Shown: positions 36,871 to 48,952, numbered from the whole stretch's first letter. The stretch: DNA of 58,806 nt, filler included, from Gonapodya sp. JEL0774 (GCA_027604505.1; 8 parts of 8 records of this genome joined end to end with filler, not necessarily neighbours in it); one strand, 5' to 3'. Numbers and translations: made by a program. The notes: generated from the sequence alone by a model not told the origin.

Positions 36871-39397
36871 CCTTAAGTCAACGTCTGCTCTCCTTGGTGG
36901 TTGTGCAGACATCCGTAGCACTGGCGGCATGATCATTGCGCCACCGACTTCGTTCACCGTTCCGTGCGAAGCTGAACCACGTGTGTATACGTGGCTGGAG
37001 GGTAAGTCGCCATGGGATCATGAGCTTGCTGAAATGCCCGACTGGCTCTTACAGGCTCTTCGCGAGAGTGGAAGTGGCTCTGCTATCACTGTCAAACTAG
37101 GTCGTCCTGAGACGCACGTGCAACTCGACGGCCCTGACATTGCCACGACACCAGATTTGGTGAAAGATTACATCATGGAGAGTTTTGGGATTGTGCCAAC
37201 GTGTGTTGGTGGCACGAAATGGCTTGGTGACGGATTGGGCTATGCTGTGTCAACAAACGTTTTTGACTGCTGCTTCAAAAAAGCCCCACATAAAGGAAAC
37301 AAACAGTACATTTTTGTGAGCGCAGGTGGTGACATGACACGCCGCTGTCACGACGGAGATTGTCGGGAGAAGAAGTGGGGTCAACGCAAGGTCCCGCCGG
37401 AAATAGCTCAAGCTCTGCGGGAGTTGTTTCCATCGAAGCCAATAGTCGATCCGGAACTTATCGAATTGGCACGAAAAGAGGCGGCTGACCACGTAAACGA
37501 TACAGTCCCCGGAAATGACGCGATGGTCATGGCACTCAAAGCGGATTCGTCTGGATTTGAGGGATCCCTCAAAACCTTCTATAATCGGGATCTCTGTTTC
37601 ATGTGTGAGAAAGGGGTGTTGATGGCCACCACGAATAGTACCGGACTGGCTATAACATGTGATAATGCCTCATGTTCGTTCAAGATACCGGCAACAAGTG
37701 GCATTCCTGTCCCCGCAGACAAATATGCCAACTTGGGGAAGTTCTTCGTCATCATTCAGGAGCTGAATGTCACAAATATCACCATCAACAATAACATCAG
37801 TAACACAGATATTGGTCCGAACGAGTTTGTCAAGGACAATGTTCAATTTTTCGAGAGTGAAACATTGAACAGTACCTTCCTTCGCTCTCTAACGGGCGAC
37901 GGAGTGCTGATCGCAGATTTTATACAAGAGTATTACGCCGATGCAGATGTTGTCCACATAGACGACGCCGAGAGAAATAAAGCGTGGATGATTTTTACAG
38001 AGGGCAAGTGGAGAGCGATGAGTCTCACCAACATTGCAAGACGCTTACTGAGTACCAGTGATTTTCGTGGTCATTATAACCGTGCGTGGACTCACTACGC
38101 TGATCTCAATGAACCACGTAAGGCGAAGAGGATCAGCGACACGCTGACCGCTATTGGTGAGCCACATAAGCTCAAAGGCTATATGGGACTCACGGAGAGT
38201 TTTTTTGGTACGAAAGGTACTGAATTTCAGAGACTGAGAGATACAAAGCGCAATCTTTTGGGTTTTGAGAATGGTGTGCTTGATCTAGATGCATTTGTGG
38301 CGGGAAAAAACCCGTACTTCCGAGAGGCTGAGCCAGCCGACTACATTACCATGAGCACTGGCTACGCTTTTAGCTCCACAGAGGCACAGGACAAAGTGGT
38401 GAAAGGGCGCATTATGGAAGTACTCGCTCAGATTCAACCAGAAGCCGAGAACCGTGACTACCTTCTGAAGTTCCTCGCTTCAATGCTCTCTGGGGAGATC
38501 AAAGACGCCAAACTTATGTTCTTCGAAGGGAGCGGCGCCAACGGAAAGAGCATGCTCACAAAGGCCGTGGTGGCAGTTCTAGGGGACTACGGAGGAATGG
38601 CGAAAACGGAAATATTTACCCAGAAGGCAGGTGCTGACGCCCGAGCACCCAACTCTGCGATTGCCAAAATCGCAAGGGCGCGTGGAGTATTCTGTGAGGA
38701 AATTGAAGTTGGTGCGAAAATCAACACCAAGGTCATGAAGGAACTCACAGGAGCCAATAAAATCTCGAACCGCGCTGTGTATGCTCGTGAAGAGATGACA
38801 ATCGAACCGCAGTGGCATTTTGCAATCTGTGTCAACCACGCCCCGAGCTTTGCAGATGACAAATCCGATGGTGCTACACGCCGCATCGACATCCTTCCCT
38901 TCACTTCTTCATTTGTGATCAGTGGAGACATTGACCACGCAAATCACGTGTACAGAGCAGATCCTGACATGGCCGAAAAACTGGGAGGGGAATGGCGCAA
39001 TGCGTTTCTCGGAGTTCTGATGGACTACTGCAAGAGATTCCGGACAGAAGGTCTGGAAAGACCAATTGAAGTACTGGAAAGGCGCGAGGACTACATTGCA
39101 AGCAACAACCCCCTGTGGGACTTCCTGCAGGAGTCTCTTGTGAATAAACCTGACAGTGCAGTATCTCTGGATGAGATTCTCATACATTTTCGTCGGTGGT
39201 TTGTCACAAAGTACAGTGAAGCATCACTTCAGGCACAGTACCCAGAGTATGTTGAAGCTAAAACCCAGAGAAGAGGAGGTAAGCTCAAAGTGATTCGGGA
39301 GATCGGTGGCAAACTTCGACAGATGGGAAGAACAGTCAGTTTCGTCCGCGATAAGAACACATGTGTCATTGGGTACATGTGGAAAACGGACAACTAG
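36871..39397 (+). CDS. Second intronless Prim-Pol - D5-like primase-helicase (5' truncated by contig edge)
   Basis: DIRSTGGMIIAPP; LLGFENGVLDL; GSGANGKS; FCEE; KELTG; ICVNHAP; RRIDILPFTSSF; N-terminal half closely parallels the 33569 protein. Confidence 0.9.
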
Positions 39398-39620
39398 AAA
39401 TACAGCATCAGTATATAAACTACAATCAACTGCGTAGATTTCGCTACACTTTGCAGCCAGAATTATTCACACCACATTACATGCCCTATCGTCATATCAC
39501 TCTTCCCATCAAAAATGTGCCCACATACTGCGGGCCATGTAACATTCACTGGGTCAGCTTGGCCAAGCTGAAAATAAACAACATGTAAAAAACCCTGAAG
39601 AGATGTAGTGATGTAGATAT

Positions 39621-40213
39621 GTAGAGATGTAAAATGAAAAGTAAGAATGAAGGACGTAGCAAATATATGATTCAAAGCATGAAGTTCAAAAGACCTGCAT
39701 TCGGCTTTTCAAAGACAAAAAGACAATCTCACATTTTAAAATTATCATGTTTATCTTTCATCAATACATCTCAACAATCAGCACTCACACATAGAAAACA
39801 CTTGTAGAGACGTAGAGATGTAAAATGGAAAGTAAGAATGAAGGACGTAGCACAATATATGCTTCAAGCATGAAGTTCAAAAGACCTGCATTCGGCTATT
39901 CAAAAGACAACAGACAATCTCACATTTTAAAATTATCATGTTTATCTTTCATCAATACATCTCAACAATCAGCACGCACACATGGAAAACACTTGTAGAG
40001 ATGTAGAGATGTAGATATGTAGAGATGTAAAATGGAAAGTAAGAATGAAGGACGTAGCACAATATATGCTTCGAGCATGTTGTTCAAAAAGACCTGCATT
40101 CGGCTTTTCAAAGACAACAGACTATCTCACATTTCAAATTACCATGTTTGTCTTTCATCAATACATCTCAACAATCACCACTCACACAGGAAACACTTGT
40201 AGAGATGTAGAGA
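39621..40213 (+). repeat. Three tandem ~190-207-bp AT-rich repeats
   Basis: Units start ~39621, 39812, 40019 (gtagagatgtaaaatg(a/g)aaagtaagaatgaaggacgtagc...gacctgcattcggc...tcatcaatacatctcaacaatca). Confidence 0.9.
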
Positions 40214-40515
40214 TACAGAGGTGGAGAGTTTGGTGTTCGATCAGCAAGGGCTGCTGAAGGAGAGAGCACCCTGTTTGCACAGGAAAGATAGGAGTTATCG
40301 TGACTCGCAACAATGGGAAGAGTAGGACGTAGCTGTGATTATACAGTGTAAGGGCACCAGAGCGATGATTGACGCCACCTCAAATATGGTCTGCAGTTCC
40401 AAAAATATCTCGATATATCTCATGTTGATGTAATGCTTACTTTATAATAAACCAGACACGAGATATGGTGACTGCATGAAGGCAAAAATACAATTGACTC
40501 CGTTATACAGGCTTT

Positions 40516-40783
40516 GCAACCCCGCCTATTGCCTTGTTACAACTCCAATGTTGCTAGTTTCAACTCCGCCTGTTGCCTCTTACAACTCCAGTGTTGCGAA
40601 TTTCAACTCCCCCTATTGCCTTGTTACAACTCCAATGTGCTAAATTTAACTCCGCCTGTTGCCTCTTACAACTCCAGTGTTGCTGATTTCAACTCCGCAT
40701 TGTGCCCTTTACAACTCCAATGTTGCTAAATTTCAACTCCGCCTGTTGCCTCTTACAACTCCAGTGTTGCTAATTTCAACTCC
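40516..40783 (+). repeat. Iteron-like array of ~13 CAACTCC-core units at ~21-23-bp spacing (43/86-bp higher order)
   Basis: ttacaactcca(a/g)tgttgc alternating with tttcaactccgcctgttgcc; inverted GGAGTTG copies follow at ~40822-40927. Confidence 0.85.
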
Positions 40784-41579
40784 AGAGACTCTCTAAAGTG
40801 AATCATTGTACGCGTCTTTTGGGAGTTGAATGGAGTTGACAGGTTTCAATAAGTGGAGTTGAATCGACACTTGAAACGGAGTCGAACTTGAACTGCATAC
40901 ACTGTACACTATCTGTGGTTGAGTTGAAATAACTCCTTTGAGAAAATCTATTGGTCAAGTCCATCTCACCTCCTCTCTTCTTTTGAAGAAGAGAATCATA
41001 GATAATAAATTAAGAGAAAGGAGTTATCGTGACTCCATAAAGGGGGAATATCAGGCAAACTCAAGACAATATGACTCCATCGACTTGGGCTATCAGCTCC
41101 GCCGCATGCTTTTTACAACTCCATGAGTGCCAATCTCAACTCCATGTCGAAAAGAAGCAATATTCCCCTGAGAATCTCTCCATGAAATGATCAAGTCTAG
41201 TTTTCGACATCCAGCAAGCCCTGCCGTGCATATCAACAACCTGACACACCAACATTCATACCCAGAACAAACCAACACGCGCCAACGCCCCCACGTGATG
41301 CCCATCGACCCGCTCGAACTGCTCCAGCGGTATCTGCTCTTCATCGCCCGCCGTCAGCGTCGTCCGTACCGTCCCGCCGACCGCGTCTAAATGGACATCC
41401 AATGAAAGTCATCGAAGTTCGCGAACCAGTCCCGAAACCATCGGCAAACACCCACTCAATGTCATCTCTGCTTTGCGATGCTGCGAAAAACGTGGCGGAT
41501 AAGGGGTTTCGTCCATCGGAACCTTCGCGACCCACATTTCGAGTTGTGAAGGCCCTACTGCCACTTTCTCCCCCATCGC

Positions 41580-41655
41580 TATCCGCTCCCTATTGCTTTC
41601 GCTCATTTTGGGCATGTCATTATTGCAGCACATGAGCATTTTAGCAGTGATTCGA
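41580..41655 (-). pseudogene. Short relic of a D5 helicase (motif C region)
   Basis: TAKMLMCCNNDMPKMSESNRERIA vs MAKILMLCNDMPKIDGSKDSNKPRIA in the 33569 protein. Confidence 0.5.
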
Positions 41656-41665
41656 TTCATTCGAA

Positions 41666-42385
41666 TCATTTCAGCTTTCCAACTGGTCCGCAAGCAGGTG
41701 GTGCCTTTTCTTTTGTTTTTCTTTCACGTATCGATATCTCTTTGGCGAGTGTATTTGGAATGAACGCTGCCAACGTCTTGTCAATCTTCTGTACTTCGAG
41801 TGCCCTGTGAGCTGCCATTCGCGCCACCATTTCAAATCTCGACCCGAACCTACTGTCAATCGATTCCTTCTCTTTAGAAAACGGAAGTATACCTGTAACT
41901 TCAAGTTGTTGGCCAATCTTCACTCCGATTGGTTCCGGCCATGGTGATTCGTACATCACATTACAATGAAATGAAACTTTTGCATCAACACCAAATGAAG
42001 TGTTCACAATTCTCTCCACGATCCCAGATGGCTCCCACGCCATATCTACAATACTCTTGCTTACGCTTCCATCAGCCCAAACACGCTCAATCTCTGTTCC
42101 ATCGTAAATCAACACTGTGTTCTTATGCGCTGTTCGAAGATCATATTGCCATTCTGGCCATCGGTCCACATCGTTCATCACTCTCCACAAAACATTCACG
42201 TCAACACCAGCAAATACATACTCTTCATCTCGAACTGTTCGCTTTTCTTGTGCTGCCTTTTTCATTGCCTCTTTTTTCGTGTATTCCGAAAGCACCATCG
42301 CATTTTCATGTCGGACAAGCTGTGCTGAAACTGTTTTCCCCAATTTTTCGAGTCCGTGAAGAATGTAAAGAGCATTCACATTCAT
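41666..42385 (-). CDS. Intronless ORF with SRPBCC/polyketide cyclase-like domain
   Basis: 239-aa ORF; VDVNVLWRVMNDVDRWPEW matches the SRPBCC N-terminal signature. Confidence 0.55.
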   Translation of the reverse strand: MNVNALYILHGLEKLGKTVSAQLVRHENAMVLSEYTKKEAMKKAAQEKRTVRDEEYVFAGVDVNVLWRVMNDVDRWPEWQYDLRTAHKNTVLIYDGTEIERVWADGSVSKSIVDMAWEPSGIVERIVNTSFGVDAKVSFHCNVMYESPWPEPIGVKIGQQLEVTGILPFSKEKESIDSRFGSRFEMVARMAAHRALEVQKIDKTLAAFIPNTLAKEISIRERKTKEKAPPACGPVGKLK

Positions 42386-42916
42386 TGTTTGAACGTGAGA
42401 GAATTTGTTGTTCTGGTTCTTTGATTGTAAGAGAATTTGTTGTTCTGTTACACATATACAACAGAAAAAAAAAACGTTTCTTCACCACATAGAACAAACA
42501 AAGGGTAACCTTTCATCCAACCATATCGTCTGGTGGTTGGTGCACGACTTTGGTGTTGGTGTGCCCAGACTTGTACTGACACAAACTACTCGAGCATCTG
42601 CAAACACATGATCAATGCAATCTTTCGATCAATTCTTCAACGTGACAATGAATTATACGTACGTGACGGACATTATGTACTCTTTGTTTACATTGTATTA
42701 TGTCAAAAGTTATTTGTACAAACGTGAAGTTGAAATGCAAAGATTCCATGGGAGTTCCACCGTCTTCCCGCACCAAATGGAACACGAAGGAAACTTCAGC
42801 AGTGGTCATAAAGAACGATCAATGATGTGTCTAGGCGCGTTCTCATCCTCATCCCCATCCCGGATGAGATTTCGAAAAGTTTCATAATGTCGAATCCCAT
42901 TCTCATCCTCATCTTT

Positions 42917-44071
42917 TCATTTGGGTCCAGGATGTGTATTCACGATACAGCCGGATGTAGTTGATTGCTGCATACAAAGCATATGAGCGAGGTGTGCTCC
43001 CAAAGCGTCTGACGCGGAGTCACTAATCAAATACTGGCACGTTTGTAGTAGTGAGAGCAGAGCAGAAGGGTCTTCGCAGACGGGAAGATTGAAACGCCCC
43101 GTACACGCGTAATTCTCGAGTGCTCGAAGTTGTTGAATGGTGATATTTGGTGCTGGTACCTCGATATGTGTTTCTTCACTCGCGCTGCGAGAACAATCAT
43201 CAATCACATGCTTCCAGATTTCAAATGAGCCCGAAAAGAGTGCATTGCTCTCATCAAAATCCAGAAATCCGTCTTTCGCGAGAATGCGAACTTTCTTCCC
43301 GGCCCATCGTTGCCTCTTTGTCTCTCTGAGCTGTAGTCCGTTCTCATCGCAGGGGTTACCGACTCCACCCACTTCGATTGCTGGTATCTCAGTGTGAGTT
43401 TTATTTCGACCAATGAGTCCATACTTTCGACCGCATTCATCGCCAAAGCCGTTCCCGAGACTGGAATCGCGGGTGAGTGGGAGGGAGCAGAAAACACATT
43501 TGCCAGAAAGTTTTCCCAGATACGACCCCATGTCGGCCGGATTCCGATCCAATAAGGCGAAAAAATTGAGCAGATCTCGCGTGTCCTCATTCCCAGTCGC
43601 CGACCCGTCGACGCGAATGATTGCACTTTCCATCCCCGTCTCCAGTCGATCTCCAAGTGCTCTGTTTCCAGGCGACCTCGTGAACACCTTCACACTGTGT
43701 CCGTTGTACACTGCGCGCAAGCTCCGAACCACCACTGTTTCGAGCTTGGACACGCCGTCGACAATGACATTCACGGACACTTCAGTCTTCCATGGGACTG
43801 TGCTGTTCCAGCTGGGTAGACAAGATGCGTCGACGCGGATCGACATCGAATTACCGGTAATAGTTGGTGCTGTTCCGTTTGACCTGAACCTCTTGGCCGC
43901 TTCAACGAACAATGATATGATTCCGCTGTATGTGCCCGGAGGAACACTCCATGTTTGTTGAGCAAATCGATGCCATCTCTGTAAACTCCGAATCGACGTC
44001 ACAATTTTGAGCCCTTCGACCTGCTGTGTTTTGTTCAACGTGTTCCATACGTCGCGTTTTGAGGAGATCAT
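42917..44071 (-). CDS. Intronless ORF: DUF6011-like Cys motif plus C-terminal BTB/Skp1-like domain
   Basis: GKCVFCSLPLTRDSSLGNGFGDECGRKYG; KVRILAKDG...WKHVIDDC...IEVPAPNITIQQLRALENY...LLSLLQTCQYL. Confidence 0.6.
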   Translation of the reverse strand: MISSKRDVWNTLNKTQQVEGLKIVTSIRSLQRWHRFAQQTWSVPPGTYSGIISLFVEAAKRFRSNGTAPTITGNSMSIRVDASCLPSWNSTVPWKTEVSVNVIVDGVSKLETVVVRSLRAVYNGHSVKVFTRSPGNRALGDRLETGMESAIIRVDGSATGNEDTRDLLNFFALLDRNPADMGSYLGKLSGKCVFCSLPLTRDSSLGNGFGDECGRKYGLIGRNKTHTEIPAIEVGGVGNPCDENGLQLRETKRQRWAGKKVRILAKDGFLDFDESNALFSGSFEIWKHVIDDCSRSASEETHIEVPAPNITIQQLRALENYACTGRFNLPVCEDPSALLSLLQTCQYLISDSASDALGAHLAHMLCMQQSTTSGCIVNTHPGPK

Positions 44072-44659
44072 CTCGTCCAGAGTGAGTGGGAATTGGAAAA
44101 GTCTGTCGACGTGTCCCCCAACTCGTCNNNNNNNNNNNNNNNNNNNNNNNNNNNNNNNNNNNNNNNNNNNNTTAATTAATTAANNNNNNNNNNNNNNNNN
44201 NNNNNNNNNNNNNNNNNNNNNNNNNNNGAAGAGTTTGTTTATAGTGTCCAGCAAACCAGATTTGATGGTGTGGTGGGGGTGGTGGATCTGTATTTGTTGT
44301 GCCACACACTGAGTATGAGGACGTGGTCATGGTGTGAGTTGTGTGCTGTTGTAGAACAGGGAGGGTGGCATTTTTGTGTCAGAATACAGGTGCCCTCTTG
44401 TGTGTGCTACTTAGTATATTACATGCCAGTGCACTCATCTAGTATACACTTATAGTACAAACAACACCACACAACCTTACACATATCCAACATTTTGTTG
44501 GTATTATCCTGACATGCAAGTGTCAGAATATAGATGCCCTCTTGTGTGTGCAACTTAGTATATTACACTTCAGTGCACTCATCTATGTGCCTGTGGCTAA
44601 TCTAGTATATACATATAGTACATACAACACCACACCACCTCCCACAGATCCAAGAGCAA

Positions 44660-44935
44660 GGAAGCTGATGATTATGGTTTTGAGGACGTTGATGGACAGG
44701 CCCCACACAAGGCAGTATTCAAGCAGGAGGTCAAGGGCCACCTTGGAGTAGGGCTATGATTAGGGCAAGTTGGATGAGGTCAGCAGCAAGTCTGAGGACG
44801 TTGTCTTTAGAGGGCTTTGGTCATGAAGTGGGGTGTGTCTCTGGATATGAAGTTGTAGATGAGGGTAGGGAGTGGGTCGCCCTGGGTGACTCCCCATTCC
44901 TGTTTGATGATTTGGGTGTCTCTCCCCAATCACAC
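44660..44935 (-). mobile_element. Decayed non-LTR (LINE) reverse transcriptase fragment
   Basis: Minus strand reads GVTQGDPLPTLIYNF ... AADLIQL (degenerate YADD region) ... WGLSINVLKT, with frameshifts/stops. Confidence 0.7.
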
Positions 44936-45599
44936 TATGACAAATATTCAAAATATTCGTATTCAATTCTATATTCGACCAATGAAATACGGTTACAAAT
45001 ACTGTTTTAGGCATTTGAGAGGTCGAATACGAATACGAATGCGAATACAATTATTGAATGGGTTAGGGCTTGTTCGGCAACAGTTTTTGGGTCATAATCA
45101 ATTGGTGCGTATGCAAAAATCAATTTTTGATGCAGTCAGTTCTCTTGTGTACCACAGAATCAAAATTCAATTGATTTGCACCAGATAGCAGCGTTTTCCA
45201 TCCATATTTGCCATAGAATGGACAGACAAAACCCCATCATCATGGATGTGGATGCCCTTGTCATGTCCATTGTTGCCACGTCTGCTGCATTCCTTGGCCC
45301 ATGACAATATCAATGCTGCAAGGAGAAATGTAATGAGCTTTTGTGGAGTTGGGGGTGGTTTCGACGTCTGTATATATATTCTCAATCGCTCAGTCTCTGT
45401 GCACTACTGTGGTCACCAGTACTGCACGCTCACCCCACACTCCAAGTACTACTGCTCACTACAGAACTCCACAACCAGAAACGCTAGAGAGGTCGCTCAA
45501 CAACCAAAACGTATCTACTCTTAAAGGCGGTTCCAATGCGACTATTGGCGTCCTTTGATCACTGTTTGTAGTTGAGCTATTTGACATCCAAGCTCAACC

Positions 45600-46700
45600 C
45601 ATACTTCAATAAAATGTGGACGCAGGAGCCGTTGCAGGGGCATCCCGACATTGCCTTGGACAATTTACAAATGGACCATCGCATTTTCCTCATCCTGTGA
45701 GACAAATTCGGGAGCGGACGCTTCTACAGAACACCTTGGAATGCAGCATGACACGGCAACTCGCGATGGCTATGTTTTTTTGGGGACATGGCATTGGTAT
45801 GAGGGCTGTATGTTTGCGGTTCCAACACTTGTTATCAACGGTTTCTGCATACATCAGGGCAGGAATTACAGCAATATGTGCACTTGCACCAGACTACATC
45901 ATTCACCCAACAGCCCCAAGTGCTTGTCCATGTCGGATCATGAACAATGGATGATTTAATCCATATTTTTGGGACTGTGTGGGAGCTTTGGACAGCACAC
46001 ACATTTGCGCTTTCATAAAGGCAGGGGACACACAGGTTCCATATAGGAATCGTAAGGGAACATTGACACATAAAACTCTTGCTGCTTGTAACATGGACAG
46101 GTGTTATGTATTCGTTTATCCAGGGTACAAAGGTTGTGCCCAAAACGGAACAGTGCTAGACAATGCACTTGAGCGTGGGGGACTGATAGTTCCCACTGGA
46201 TGATTCTAGCTTGTGGATGCAGGATACTCAAATACAATGGAGTTCCAGGGGCTCTACAAGAATGGTGCTCTGTACCACCTCAAGGAATGGCATAATCAGG
46301 GTCAACGGTATGTTACGCATGGACGCTTTTACTAGTGGTGCCAAGGCAACTCTCATGATGCTACAACAGGCCTGAAAATTATCACGAGCTATACAACCTC
46401 TGTCACTCATTGGGCCCCAATGTAATTGAACGGGTGATTGGCATATCCAAGAACCGCACACAGGCTCTGGACAAAGGAACCAGGTTTCACCTATTTCAAG
46501 ATCAAGTTTGAGCTGTTGTTGCATGCTTTGTCATCCATAACTTCATCCACCATCGTAGCAATGGTGCAGATGACAACATTGCTCGTGAATTCAACTGACT
46601 GAATGCCCTGCCCCACCAACCAGAAGTGAATGCGGAGATTCTGTGAGATCTCTGGTGCAGGTATGGAGGGATTGCACGGCAAAGAAGATGTGAGCAGTTA
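45600..46700 (+). pseudogene. Harbinger DDE_Tnp_4 transposase pseudogene
   Basis: FWDCVGALDSTHI, YRNRKG, LAACN, VYPGYKG, L*LVDAGY, YHLKEW, ELYNL...NVIERVIG; internal stops (~45952, 46201). Confidence 0.85.
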
Positions 46701-46842
46701 AATTGTGATCCAGGCAGAGCGTGGGTTCAGGAACGTGGCCATTATTGACTTGTATCTCTTTGTTACTTGCACTGTATTTCAAGTTACCTAATGACATGTG
46801 CTTAAACATCAATATGTCCTTGAAACATGTTACTACTGTGTC

Positions 46843-47880
46843 TCAATAACTCATTGTGAACCTCCTGGATGTGCCGGGCCATCCAAACTCGCTGACCTGT
46901 GGCACTCTCCATTCCAATAAAAATACCACAAACGGACTATCGTCTGCAAACCAAACTGCAAGGTCTGCACGCTCTGCATCTGTGAACCCATCCTCCGCCG
47001 CAATGCGCAGGGCCCTCTCAACAGGATTCATTGCCATTTCCGCCCGTCCCATTAACCCCTGCTCCAATGCATCTGCCAGCTTTTGAAATCCAGCAGTTTC
47101 CACTGGTGCAGATGGATCCGTGGTCAAAGACGTTCTTGGGTGTTTCCTTGTGGTTGGAGCTAGGGTGTGGGAGTGTCCAGTTGTGGCAATACAAGTGATT
47201 GCTGAGCTGGATTGGTGTCAGGTGGATGTGTGGCTAATATTCTCAGAGTCACAGCATACTGGGGTGATAGCACGCGTTGCTGCCACCGCAGGAGGTGCCC
47301 CACCAGTGTCACTACCACCTAACCAATTTGCATGCATATTGAAAGACACCAAACCAGACAGCAAGTTGCAGAAACTCACCTTCATCATCATGCAGATCAT
47401 ATTCATCTTTGTTGTCAGTATCCTTGTCTGTTTCCTGAGCGTAGTTCTGGCAGTACTCAACCAAATCCTTGTTCTCCTTCAGATCTGTCCCATTCTGAGC
47501 ATGTGCCCCAGTCGCTGCAAATGACCCAAGGAGTCTGTCCCCTTCTCTGAATAGAGGCCACCCATTCTCATGGAATACTTGGGTGTTTTTGTTGTGCTGC
47601 AGTGGGGGTGACGGTGCCAGTGAATAGAATCACCACAACCGTGAACTGCAAACTCACCTCAGCAAACTCTTGCCATGGTTCTGGTGTCATTGTCACTCTT
47701 GGTGGTGGTCCTGGGCTGTATCCGGCACTGCTTTGCTCCAGTGTTGGACATATACGATGTTGTTCTGTGTGTACTGTACTATATGGAGAATAAAAGAGTG
47801 GAAGTGATGGTAGTGTGGCAAAGTCAGCGGAATGCTTGACAGGCACACAAGGGACGAGAAAAGGCAGCACGAGCTCCATC
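46843..47880 (-). pseudogene. Probable Harbinger accessory (Myb/SANT-like) ORF, decayed
   Basis: Convergent with the transposase; acidic linker and C-terminal LADALEQGL...NPVERALRIAAEDGF helix typical of ORF2. Confidence 0.45.
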
Positions 47881-48952
47881 ACTCCGATTGGGCGGAGAGC
47901 AACTTGTCTGGACTGGGCAGCTTGGAATCTTCAATGATGGGCCGGAGTGAGAATCAAATAAGACAGGATTGAACTTCCCCGTCCCACTCTTCAGTTCTGA
48001 AGACAGTTTGAGTACAGAATGGTCGCTGAGGTTTTGATTACAGAAGATATCGACCAACATAGCCACTAGATATTATGTAAATACATGTTAATCGAACTTA
48101 TTGGATCAACATATGTCTATACTCGTGTTGACAGCAAGCACTTCCTCTCTGCAAATGTCGGGGAGTGACCAAGAAGGGACCGGTAAGACATGGAAGCCAC
48201 TAGAGCGCAAGACTTTATGAAATACAGTTTGATTTTGCGAGCGGTGGAATTGTACGAGGGAAGTCTGATAATGTTATCGCATGTGTGCGTTTGCATATGG
48301 CACATGACCCATCACATTCCGGAATTGTCCTTAAAATATGTCCTTGAATGTGATGGGTTGCTCAAGCTTGCAAAGGCACAGAATGTGATGGATCCACTGG
48401 ATTGTATGAACAAGAAAACCAGACATGGGCTGGCCGTGGCGGGGGGGGGGGNNNNNNNNNNNNNNNNNNNNNNNNNNNNNNNNNNNNNNNNNNNNNNNNN
48501 NNNNNNNNNNNNNNNNNNNNNNNNNNNNNNNNNNNNNNNNNNNNNNNNNNNNNNNNNNNNNNNNNNNNNNNNNNNNNNNNNNNNNNACTTGATTGTATGA
48601 ACAAGAAAACCAGAAATTTGATACCCATCCCCCCCCCCAGTCCCTTCACGTAACCAATTCCCCACTCCACCTTCCTTTCACATGTGCCATCCACCGCAAC
48701 CAAATCACACATTAGAAAAGTCGAACTATCTCCTACATGCCACCAATTTGGAACCAAGTGAATACTGGTCATGACATCTGAAAGTGGAGCCGCAGGGGAT
48801 TTGTCTGCAAGCGACGATGGCGATTGGAACGTTGGAACAGGTACGTCATCTTGTTCTTGTATAGCTTCCACTCGCTCCTATACTGATCCTGCGCTGACCC
48901 TGTGGTTCTGTCACACGTGAATTGTGTTGCTGACATCAACCACCTCGAATGA

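Larger units (their letters stand above)
45066..48070. mobile_element. Decayed PIF/Harbinger transposon (boundaries approximate)
   Basis: Transposase pseudogene (+) and convergent accessory ORF (-); candidate left end TTA|GGGCTTGTTCGG at 45063-45077; right TIR not clearly found. Confidence 0.65.

Noticed and set aside
33569..39397. Tandem duplication of two primase-helicase genes
   Set aside because: They lie on different contigs separated by an artificial spacer; contigs are ordered by size, so adjacency is not biological.
40516..40783. CRISPR array
   Set aside because: The intervening sequences are themselves repeats with no unique spacers; no cas genes; eukaryotic context.
44940..45058. 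Short palindromic GAATAC/GTATTC cluster
   Set aside because: Probably a remnant transposon terminus or MITE; too short to assign.
48400..48615. Direct repeat gattgtatgaacaagaaaaccaga on both sides of an N gap with poly-G
   Set aside because: Likely a scaffolding or low-quality read artefact at the gap.
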